Below are positions 35,040-43,396 of a stretch of 64,000 nt of DNA, piece after piece. Origin of the DNA: Ktedonobacteraceae bacterium. Its GTDB lineage: Bacteria; Chloroflexota; Ktedonobacteria; Ktedonobacterales; Ktedonobacteraceae. The stretch covers positions 21-64,020 of the forward strand of contig DASVMX010000143.1 of assembly GCA_036384215.1 (NCBI GenBank). The letters run 5' to 3'. Position 1 is the first letter of the stretch; the number at the start of each line of letters is the position of its first letter. A program made the translations under genes and the position numbers. Below the pieces are notes generated by a model. The model was not told the DNA's origin. It saw nothing but the letters and a program-made list of their open reading frames with translations, and searched no databases.

Positions 35040-37508
35040 CTATTGATAGACCATGGTCATTCTCCACTCACAGCTATGGGTCCCCCCGACCTTTTTCAGC
35101 CACCATTGATCTGCCTCCGGCAGGCATTCTGTTAGCTCAAGCGTCGCGTTATCGCGGATCATGGTAAAGAGGAGTTCCAGGCTAAACAGGCTGGCGAAAT
35201 CCACGTAGAAGGGCTTTCGCTCCGAGGGGACACGGGCAAAACACCGCTCGGGTAGGCCATGGCGCTGCCGGAATGCGCTGGCGTGCAGCATGAGTTCGCT
35301 GCCGCTCATCTGCGCGTGTGGTGGCGTCAGTTCGTCGGTCGCGAGCTTCCAATGCGCCCGTTGCATAACAACGTCCTGGATCGTGCAGCGCGGCGTGTAT
35401 GTCCCGAGGCTGATTACTGGCGGGATGACCGGGGGCGTGCCGAAAATCCAGTTGGAGACGCTGCGTGGATCGCCCGGATAGAGATCAATGATCTCGTTCA
35501 GAGAGCGGGAGTGCAGAGCCAGCCCGTCGTCGGTCAGGACAACGTCCAGATCCATAGCCGGCAGAACCTGGTCGCGCTCTTTGACCGAGCGCCCCAGCAT
35601 CTCGATGCTCATGCCTGGCAGTTCCAGGTAGAAAGTCTTGCCCTGCTGGCGGCGGTGAACCAGCGCGGCGCGCATGGGAGTTCCACCCGGCTGTACCAGG
35701 CATGTGGCGAGGGCACTGGCTAGTTCGTCCTGCCTGGGACTGAAGGTCAGGAAATGGCACCAGACCTGCGCCCCATAGTGTATCTCGCCCACCACCAGCT
35801 GGTAGTCGCCAGCCCTGATCGCAGCCACGTCGTGTGCCGCCAGGAAAAGATCGGGGGAGACCATCGTGCCAGGCTGGATGGGCTGCATGTACGGCCGCAG
35901 GTCGCTCGCGCTCAAGCGAATGTGCTCTCCTTGCTGGCGCTCGCGGGCCAGCCCGGCCAGCCCCTGTAGAAAGTCCTGCACAGTCGTATCTGCCACGCAC
36001 TCTTCCAGGCGCACCTGCCGCTCCAGTTGATAGACAAAGGCCAGGTATGGCTGTGGTTCACCCCCACCCATGGCCAGGAAGACCTCGCGGGCCCGCTTCA
36101 TACACACTCGCTGCAAAACCACGCTATAGCTGGCACAGAGATCAAGAGCAGGCCGCAGACTCGCCAGCAGACGATCATGCAGGGCTCGACCAATCGTGCA
36201 GTCTGCGATATCGCCGTGAGCCTCGTCATAGATTAGCAAACGGTCGGCGTATGTTTCTCCTTCGCTCCGCCGCGCCGGTTTTTTTGCCAACCCGCTGAAG
36301 TCACTCTCGAGCCGCTCAAGGAGCGCAAGCTTCTCTTCTATCGGCGCGGCGGCGAAGGTGGTGATGCCCTGGTGGAACTGATCCAGGCGCTGGAGCCAGG
36401 CGGCGCGAGCCTCACACGTGCCTGGCAGTTGAGCCACGCGAGCGCGCAGCCACTCCAGCGGATTGAAGACGGCAGTGGGAATCTCAATACGCAGCACAAT
36501 CAGCCCTCGCGCACAGGCAGAGTGCAGCATTGGCCATTGCTCGCCTCCAAGCGCCTGCCAGAGATCGCTGATGCTGCGCTGGCCGTCGATGGCACCCAGC
36601 AACGCGGCCAGTTCCCGGGGGAGGCGTACGGTCTGCCCATGGGTGACCACAGAGAGTTCGCCAGAGGGCAGCAGCGTGCAGCCGCTCTGGAGCCTGGGCA
36701 CCAGGTACGGCTGCACGCTCTGGTCCCCGGCGATGACATCGGCCAGTGCCTGGGTGGCCCAGTAGGTCATGCGGGTAAGCCGTTGAGCCAGGCGCCCATC
36801 CGGCACCCGGGTCAGCGCCAGCGGCTCAGACGCGGCTGGATCATAGCGTCCATAGTCAATGGGACCAAAGAAGCTTGTGGTGTCGTTCTTGGCGCAGAAG
36901 CGCTGCAAATAGGTATAGAGGCGGCGTTCCAGGTGCCGAACCTTCGCCGGGCGCTGATATGCCGCATAATGGTGCAGGTATGAGGGCAGGGCAACGGAAT
37001 ACATATTGGGGGTGGAGAGCAGCAACGCCTCCTGGAAGAGCTGATCCCGGGCAATCTCGTGCAGGCGCTCCCGGGTGGAGCGGAGTTCGCTGGCAAAGGC
37101 CTGCTCAAATTCCTCCTGGCTCGCAGCCAGAGCCTCCAGGGCGGTGTTCCAGCCCTCGATCCAGGCACCTATGGCGGGACAGCGCCCTACCAGGAAGCTT
37201 TTCAATTCGGGTGGGCAGACTTTGCGTTTATAAACACAACGATTGAGCTGATACCAGCGCTCAAATGTGGGGGAATCTGCACACCTCTCCTGCTCCTGAT
37301 CCAGGATGCCGGGAAAGACCTGCTCGTTGAACGAGCGGTGCAATCGGTCAAGCTGCGTGCCGAATTCCAGCACACGCAGGCTCCGTGCCTGGCTCAGCGG
37401 CATGCGAAGTTCGTCGAGTTGTTCAAAAGGGAAACCAGTACTCCTGAGTAAAAAGCAGGGGAGCAGCGTCCAGGGATTGCGCGCCTGGTCGGGGTTTTGA
37501 GAGATCAT
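35040..37508 (-). CDS. LanB N-terminal domain-only protein, small LanB / PEARL-like, paralog 5
   Basis: Motifs are FLLRSTGFPFEQL, QLFQEALLLSTPNMY, HLERRLYTYLQRFCAKNDTTSFFGPIDYG, TYADRLLIYDEAHG, YTPRCTIQDVVMQRAHWKL and KPFYVDFASLF. I chose ATG 37508 (SD GAGGAA) by alignment with the paralogs. The track start is 37592. Confidence 0.8.
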   Translation of the reverse strand: MISQNPDQARNPWTLLPCFLLRSTGFPFEQLDELRMPLSQARSLRVLEFGTQLDRLHRSFNEQVFPGILDQEQERCADSPTFERWYQLNRCVYKRKVCPPELKSFLVGRCPAIGAWIEGWNTALEALAASQEEFEQAFASELRSTRERLHEIARDQLFQEALLLSTPNMYSVALPSYLHHYAAYQRPAKVRHLERRLYTYLQRFCAKNDTTSFFGPIDYGRYDPAASEPLALTRVPDGRLAQRLTRMTYWATQALADVIAGDQSVQPYLVPRLQSGCTLLPSGELSVVTHGQTVRLPRELAALLGAIDGQRSISDLWQALGGEQWPMLHSACARGLIVLRIEIPTAVFNPLEWLRARVAQLPGTCEARAAWLQRLDQFHQGITTFAAAPIEEKLALLERLESDFSGLAKKPARRSEGETYADRLLIYDEAHGDIADCTIGRALHDRLLASLRPALDLCASYSVVLQRVCMKRAREVFLAMGGGEPQPYLAFVYQLERQVRLEECVADTTVQDFLQGLAGLARERQQGEHIRLSASDLRPYMQPIQPGTMVSPDLFLAAHDVAAIRAGDYQLVVGEIHYGAQVWCHFLTFSPRQDELASALATCLVQPGGTPMRAALVHRRQQGKTFYLELPGMSIEMLGRSVKERDQVLPAMDLDVVLTDDGLALHSRSLNEIIDLYPGDPRSVSNWIFGTPPVIPPVISLGTYTPRCTIQDVVMQRAHWKLATDELTPPHAQMSGSELMLHASAFRQRHGLPERCFARVPSERKPFYVDFASLFSLELLFTMIRDNATLELTECLPEADQWWLKKVGGTHSCEWRMTMVYQ

Positions 37509-37830
37509 ACAGCAGTTTCCTCGCAACCTTTCTCTTTGCCAGCCCTGTTCGTCCTCGGGAGAAAAGCCAGGCTGGACACGAATGTACTGCACTGACGCTC
37601 ACGGCGGCGTTGAAACGCGGGTGGGTCAGGGACCGCTGTCTGTGTGGGGATTGCTGGTCGACAGGGACGGCATCCGCAAGCCAACCAGATCATGCTTCTC
37701 CTCCGGCAGGCAGCATGATTTGATTGGGCGCTGAGACCATGAAGCGAGTCGGGGCACGTCTCATTGCCAACACCCCTCTCCCCCGCTGCGCGCTGCCCGT
37801 TCCACTTCTCGTCAGTGGACGCAACGCGAG

Positions 37831-38178
37831 GGTCAGGGGAACGGGTCCGCATGAAGTGTAGCGGGGGCAAGAGACGCTGTACAGGTTCACCAGTACGCTC
37901 CCTGGTAAGGACTGAGATCCAGGCCCGGGAGTATTAGCGTACACTGCTTCTCTTCTTTTTCCTCCCGAGCACTACGCGATAAACTCTTGCACGAAGGGTC
38001 GCAGTTCGTCCAGATCGCGAGCATTGGGAAACCGAGGGATCAATTCCTGCACGGCAGCCTGCTCTCGAAGTACCCCAATAATCTTTCTCGACAGGACACA
38101 TGTACCTCCGGCTGTGTACTGGCAAACCTGTACAGCGTCTCTCGCCCCCGCTACACTCCTTGCGGACCCATTCTCCCG
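37831..38178. repeat. Inverted-repeat-bounded element, copy 2 (arms about 37831-37896 and 38116-38178)
   Basis: The left arm is GGTCAGGGGAACGGGTCCGCATGAAGTGTAGCGGGGGCAAGAGACGCTGTACAGGTTCACCAGTAC. The reverse complement of the right arm is GGGAGAATGGGTCCGCAAGGAGTGTAGCGGGGGCGAGAGACGCTGTACAGGTTTGCCAGTAC. The arms are homologous to copy 1. Confidence 0.65.
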
Positions 38179-38281
38179 GCAGGTGTGCTGGCCGTGGAGA
38201 GAGGTTGCGAGACAGGCGCGTGAGAAGTCGTTCCAGCTCGCTTCTCGCTGCTGAGTCCATGAGCAAAGGATCAGAATACCC

Positions 38282-39874
38282 ATGGAAAACACTCAGGCTA
38301 CGCTTTTGCGTATTGCTGTGGCAGGCTGGCCCCTGACCCTGGCACCACAGAAGTCTTCACTCACCAATGAATTGCCGGTTTTGACGCTGAACTACGAGGG
38401 TCTGACGCGTATCGATAAAGACCTCCGCACGGTCCCGGCTGCGGCGGAGAGATGGCAGTATAACAGCGATTCGACCAGCATATCGTTCACCCTGCGCTCC
38501 GGGCTGACCTACAGCGACGGATCTCCGCTTCGGGCACGCGACTTCGTCCAGGCCGTCTACCGCGTGCTCGATCCGCGCAGTCCGGGGAACTATCAAACCC
38601 TGCTCGCAATGATCGCCGGGGCAGAGGCCATCATCGACGCCGGGCCAGAGGTGGACGAGGCGCGACTGCGCGATCTGTGCGGACAACTGGCGGTCTCGGC
38701 CCCGGACGACCGCACCATCGACTTCGCGTTGACCCGGCCTACACCTTATTTTCACACCCTGGCCAGCACCTGGGTGCTGTATCCGGCGAAACAGGAGCGC
38801 ATCGACAGAGGCGGAGCGCGCTGGGGCGCAGACGCGGCCAATCATCTCGGCAACGGACCCTTCCAGATGACGACCATCGATCCGCGGGCCAATCTGATCG
38901 CGTTCAAGGCCAATGAGTATTACTGGCATGGCCGCCCCAAACTGGATGGCGTGCACCTGCTATACATTGATGACAAAGCCGCGGCCTTCCAGAGCTATTT
39001 GCGGGGCGAGGTGGATATCCTGGCGCCCGATCCACGCGATGTTCCACGCATCAAGGCCGACGCAACACTCAGCCAGGAATTCAAGGAATATCCCGGAGCC
39101 TGTACGATGGTCCTCGAATTCGCTCTGGTGAAGGCTCCGTTCAACAACAAGCTGGTGCGCGAGGCATTTACCTATGCCTTTGACCGCGGCTCGTATATTC
39201 GCGATGTCCTTCACGAGACCGAGGTCAAGACCCTGACCTGGATTCCCCCTGGCTATCCAGGCCACGATCCCTGCGAGAGGCGCTATGACTTCGATCCGGT
39301 GCAGGCACGCCATTGCCTGACAGCGGCTGGCTTTCCGGGCGGACAGGGTCTGCCGGAGATCCGCTTCTCCTACAGCCAGAATCCCATCAACCAGGCGCGG
39401 GTCGATTACATCATCCAGATGTATCAGCGGATTCTTGGGGTTGCCATCACGCCCAATCCAGTAAGCGACGCTGGCCTGGCGGAGATGAGAAGGTCAGTCG
39501 AGACCTTTCCGCAGATAGTAATCGGTGGCGGCTGGTGCGCCGACTATCCCGATCCGCAAAACTGGCTGAGCGTCTACTGGCACTCGCGCACCAACATCGC
39601 CCGCAGCGTTGGCTATAAAAACGAGGAGGCCGACCGGCTGATGGACCTGGCTGATGTCGAGACCGAGCCAGAGAAGCGCATCGAGTTGTACAGGCAGGCA
39701 CAGGAACTGATCGTGGGCGACGTGGCCCAACTGGCCCACGGCCACACCAAAAACGGCTACCTGATCAAGCCCTGGATCAAAGGCCTGGACCTGACCGCGC
39801 AGGACTGGGTATTTCCAGGGCAGGTCACCAGCCTGCTCACGACGGTTATCGAGAAGGAACCACCAGGGCGGTAA
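38282..39874 (+). CDS. Family-5 (peptide/nickel type) solute-binding-protein homolog lacking a signal peptide
   Basis: The SBP_bac_5 pattern is LRIAVAGWPLTL..LNYEGLTRIDKDL..PAAAERWQYNSD..ISFTLRSGLTYSDGSPLRARDF. An in-frame stop at 38252-38254 leaves no room for a signal or lipobox extension. No ABC permease or ATPase genes lie nearby. Confidence 0.85.
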   Translation: MENTQATLLRIAVAGWPLTLAPQKSSLTNELPVLTLNYEGLTRIDKDLRTVPAAAERWQYNSDSTSISFTLRSGLTYSDGSPLRARDFVQAVYRVLDPRSPGNYQTLLAMIAGAEAIIDAGPEVDEARLRDLCGQLAVSAPDDRTIDFALTRPTPYFHTLASTWVLYPAKQERIDRGGARWGADAANHLGNGPFQMTTIDPRANLIAFKANEYYWHGRPKLDGVHLLYIDDKAAAFQSYLRGEVDILAPDPRDVPRIKADATLSQEFKEYPGACTMVLEFALVKAPFNNKLVREAFTYAFDRGSYIRDVLHETEVKTLTWIPPGYPGHDPCERRYDFDPVQARHCLTAAGFPGGQGLPEIRFSYSQNPINQARVDYIIQMYQRILGVAITPNPVSDAGLAEMRRSVETFPQIVIGGGWCADYPDPQNWLSVYWHSRTNIARSVGYKNEEADRLMDLADVETEPEKRIELYRQAQELIVGDVAQLAHGHTKNGYLIKPWIKGLDLTAQDWVFPGQVTSLLTTVIEKEPPGR

Positions 39875-39955
39875 CGCCTGGTACGAGAGCCAATCATCCG
39901 CTGTTATGAGAAGATCTCTCGCGCAAGCGACAGCAGGAGAGAAAGCAGAAAGACG

Positions 39956-41191
39956 ATGATGAAAATCACCCTGTTTCGATCACTGACACAACGTTCGTTT
40001 GCCTTCCTCTGGAGCGGGCAGGCCATTTCAGCGCTGGGAGATAGCCTCTACCGCGTGGCCCTGGCCTGGTGGGTGCTGGAGAAAACCGGCTCCGCGACAA
40101 TTATGGGCATTGTGCTGATCTTCTCCTTCATCCCGATGCTCCTGTTCCTGCTCATCGGGGGCGTGGCCGTAGACCGCTTTTCTCGTCTACAGGTGATGCT
40201 AATCTCGGACACCCTGCGCGGGGTGATCGTGCTGACCATGGCGTTGCTCGGCTTTGCTCAGCACCTGGAGGTCTGGCATGTCTATATCGCCAGTGTGCTC
40301 TTTGGCCTGGTCGATGCGTTTTTCCAGCCCGCGTACGCGGCGGTCATTCCAGAGATTATGCCCCAGGATCTGCTGCCCAGCGCTAATTCGCTCACGGTGC
40401 TGAGTCGACAGACCTTCAGCGTCGTAGGTCCAGCTCTGGGGGCGCTCATCATCGCTTTGGGCAACACATCAGCCGCGTTTGTCTGCGATGGCCTGACCTT
40501 TGTCTTCTCCGCCTGCTGCCTGCTGATGATCCGCCAGATACCCGCGCCGGACGCTCGCGGTAAATCCGAGGCTCCCGGACGTGAGCCAGGGATTATCGCC
40601 GATCTACGCGAAGGCATCGGCACGGTGATAGCCTCGCCGTGGATCTGGATCACGATTGTGGTCTCTGCCCTGGCGAATATTACGCAATCCGCCCCTTTCA
40701 GTGTCTCGCTGCCATTTCTCGTCACCAGAACCTGGCACGCCAATGTCCAGGTCCTGGGAACGCTCTACTCGGTCTATTTCCTGGGCTCGGTGCTTGGGGC
40801 AATCTGGCTCGGCCACGCGAAGAAATTACGGCGGCGTGGCCCGCTGGCCTACTTTTTCGTGATCCTCAGCGGGCTGATGACGCTCTCCCTCGGCCTGCCG
40901 CTCCCGGTAGGCGGGATGTTTGTGACGGCACTCATTCGCGGGCTCTCGTTTACCGCGTTCGAGCTCGTCTGGGTGAATACGCTACAGGAGCTTGTGCCCG
41001 GCAAATTGCTGGGGCGCGTGGCCAGCATCGATTATCTCGGCTCATTTGCCCTGCTGCCGCTTGGCTACGCCATCGCCGGGCGGGTCACCGACCTCGTCGG
41101 CCCGCCAGCGGTATTTTTGATCGGCGGCCTCATCACGATTAGCGTCGCTATGCTCGGGATCACCCACCCGGTTGTCAGGCGCGTGGATTGA
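39956..41191 (+). CDS. MFS transporter (EntS/MFS_3-like exporter)
   Basis: About 12 hydrophobic helices are visible. The N-terminus is typical of the family (FAFLWSGQAISALGDSLYRVALAWWVL..GGVAVDRFSR). Confidence 0.85.
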   Translation: MMKITLFRSLTQRSFAFLWSGQAISALGDSLYRVALAWWVLEKTGSATIMGIVLIFSFIPMLLFLLIGGVAVDRFSRLQVMLISDTLRGVIVLTMALLGFAQHLEVWHVYIASVLFGLVDAFFQPAYAAVIPEIMPQDLLPSANSLTVLSRQTFSVVGPALGALIIALGNTSAAFVCDGLTFVFSACCLLMIRQIPAPDARGKSEAPGREPGIIADLREGIGTVIASPWIWITIVVSALANITQSAPFSVSLPFLVTRTWHANVQVLGTLYSVYFLGSVLGAIWLGHAKKLRRRGPLAYFFVILSGLMTLSLGLPLPVGGMFVTALIRGLSFTAFELVWVNTLQELVPGKLLGRVASIDYLGSFALLPLGYAIAGRVTDLVGPPAVFLIGGLITISVAMLGITHPVVRRVD

Positions 41192-41290
41192 CGTGCCTGC
41201 GCAGCCAGACAGGCGCTCCGGGGCAACGATTAGAACCCAGGCACAACAGGCATGAGATGGGCGATTACAGACCGAAAGGGAACCATAGCA

Positions 41291-43285
41291 ATGGAGAACA
41301 ACACGTTTGAACTTATGACAAGCAACCGAAAGGGTCTTGCCCAGAAAGAGCGAGATGAGCGTCTCCAGGCCGGCGCGTTGCCGCACGCCTGGCTCCAGCC
41401 CTTCGCGGCCCTGGAGACAGCGGCGGCAGCGGAGCCGCTGATCTGGCTGCATGCTCCTCACGAGCTGACCGCCGAGCTTCTGCCCCTGCTCCGGGCGCAT
41501 CTGGACGCCGGGCACAACCGTTGTTTCCTCGCGGGATATCCCACCGCCGAGCACTCCTCCTTCGCCCCACTTCGTCCCCTGCTGCGCCAACTCCTGCCGC
41601 TGGTCAAGGATGGCGTCGCGGAGATCCTGTACGCGTGCGCTCCAGAGCTGGTAGCGCTGCTCCCCGACCTGGCCTCATCGCTGCTTACGGAGACTTCCGA
41701 GCTCGCCACGCTGGTGCACATGCCCCTCCACTCCGACCGCACCCTGCCGCTCGATTCCGACTACGTCTACCGTATTGCGATGCGCGCCGGCTGGTTTCTC
41801 GAAAACGCGGGCCGGCACTACACTGCAGCCTCCCAGCGCCGGCCCGTCTTCGTCTTCCCCTGTGTCGAAAAGTTCGACCGGCCAACCCTGCAAACGCTCT
41901 ATCACCTCTGCTGGCGAGCGCGCACTGGAGCATTCCGGCTAGTGATCATCAGCGCCTGTGCCCCGGACACCGGACCCATCGACGAGTCACTCGGACTCTT
42001 TGACCTCCAGCACGTACAGCAGACCTTCCTCTCAAAGCTCTATGAAAGACTAAAGCCAGCACTCGTGCGTCTGCCTGCCACAGTTCCCAACCAGCCATCC
42101 CTGGCACCTCTGCCCGCTGGCGATGACAGCGAGGCCTGCGCGTACCGATTGGCTGTCACAGCCTTGGGTACGGCTCCGCTGGAGGAGGCACAGCTGGCAT
42201 TTTTCCATGCCGTCGAGGTGAGTACGCAATATCTGAACGCGCAGCCAGTGTTGAGCCTGGCCGCGGAGGCGCTGGCGCGAGAAGATCTGGAGATCGACGG
42301 CGAGTTCGTGGCGTCCATCTGGCACACGGCGGGCATGGCTCACGCCTCGCATGGCGACTATACGCGGGCAACCGACTGCTTTCGCCGGGGCTTCGCTCGC
42401 ACACACCAGCCAGTGATGCGCGCCCGCCTGGCCATGTTCCTCTCCCTCGTCCTGGCTAAACGCATGGGCCAGTTCGAGGAGGCCGAACACTTCCTGGCCA
42501 CAGGCTATAGCGCGATCGAAAGCGCCGAGACCCCAGAAGCGACCCTGGAGCATGGCTGGCTGAACAATGTGAAGGCCCTGATCGCCTACCGCAATCGCGA
42601 CTATGGCCAGGCGCTACGCCTGACGCAGAGCGCGCTGGAGTTTATGAAACCCTATCGCACCCCTGCCAGCATCAGCCTGAACACCAACCTCGTGGCCAAT
42701 GCCAGTGTGGTCTTCGAGACCACGGGAAAATGCGAGCGGGCGCTGGGCATCTGGGGCATCTTCCGCACTTTCCTGGATGAGGCCGGGGATGTCTTTGGCA
42801 AATATTACTATCTCCGCGAGGCAGGCCTCCAGCTCAAAGCAGGCCTGATCGCAGAGGCGACCAGGGGGTATCAACAGGCCTTCGCTATGGCCAAACGCGT
42901 TGGCGACCTCGTGACCATGGAGGCCGCGGCCCGCGCCAGCAGCCAGATCGCGGGCCGCGCCGGCGACTATGCCAGCGCGCTGACCTGGGCCGAACGCCTC
43001 CCCGCGCTGCTTGAGCAGATCGGCGATCAGCAGCAACTGTACCAGAGCTGGCTCGCCATCGCCGCCTGCCACGCCCTGCAGACCCACCCGCGAGAGGCAG
43101 AAGCCGCCCTGTGCAACGCCCGGCTCCTCCTGGAACGCGACAACCGGCTCCAGGAATGCCCGGACCTCCTGGACGCGCTCACCCGGCTCCAGGCTGGCCA
43201 GGCCGACGCGATTGACTGGCAGCGCTGGCTCCCGGCCCTCCCCCACACCATGCTTCGCGGCCCCTCGCACCTGTTCCAGCCATGA
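41291..43285 (+). CDS. STAND-like/TPR repeat protein, paralog 3 (most degenerate NTPase region)
   Basis: Shares RPVFVFPCVEKFDRPTLQTLYHLCWRA and SLNTNLVANASVVFETTG..IFRTFL..YYYLREAGLQLKAG with paralogs 1 and 2. The C-terminal half is TPR-like. The preferred start is ATG 41291; the track start is 41252. Confidence 0.7.
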   Translation: MENNTFELMTSNRKGLAQKERDERLQAGALPHAWLQPFAALETAAAAEPLIWLHAPHELTAELLPLLRAHLDAGHNRCFLAGYPTAEHSSFAPLRPLLRQLLPLVKDGVAEILYACAPELVALLPDLASSLLTETSELATLVHMPLHSDRTLPLDSDYVYRIAMRAGWFLENAGRHYTAASQRRPVFVFPCVEKFDRPTLQTLYHLCWRARTGAFRLVIISACAPDTGPIDESLGLFDLQHVQQTFLSKLYERLKPALVRLPATVPNQPSLAPLPAGDDSEACAYRLAVTALGTAPLEEAQLAFFHAVEVSTQYLNAQPVLSLAAEALAREDLEIDGEFVASIWHTAGMAHASHGDYTRATDCFRRGFARTHQPVMRARLAMFLSLVLAKRMGQFEEAEHFLATGYSAIESAETPEATLEHGWLNNVKALIAYRNRDYGQALRLTQSALEFMKPYRTPASISLNTNLVANASVVFETTGKCERALGIWGIFRTFLDEAGDVFGKYYYLREAGLQLKAGLIAEATRGYQQAFAMAKRVGDLVTMEAAARASSQIAGRAGDYASALTWAERLPALLEQIGDQQQLYQSWLAIAACHALQTHPREAEAALCNARLLLERDNRLQECPDLLDALTRLQAGQADAIDWQRWLPALPHTMLRGPSHLFQP

Positions 43286-43396
43286 GAGAGCAGAAAGTGT
43301 TCTATCTTGCAAGCAAGCTGATGGCGAAAGGAGCTGGGGGCGCAGATCCATGAGGGATATTATATGCGTCTCATGCCTCCTTATAGCAGGTCGATA

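Noticed and set aside
19568-37508. Interpreting the five LanB-like genes as ordinary class I lanthipeptide dehydratases, or as thiopeptide split-LanB glutamylation subunits.
   Set aside because: No elimination-domain protein, LanC, YcaO or cyclodehydratase gene is visible in the 64 kb. Neither candidate peptide has a Ser/Thr/Cys-rich core. This rejection is provisional, because genes outside the window cannot be excluded.
37972-38292. The 106-aa minus-strand ORF as a real gene.
   Set aside because: Its N-terminal half runs through the right repeat arm and overlaps the SBP start region. Only the last roughly 40 codons look protein-like, so I treat it as a gene remnant inside the repeat element (see findings).
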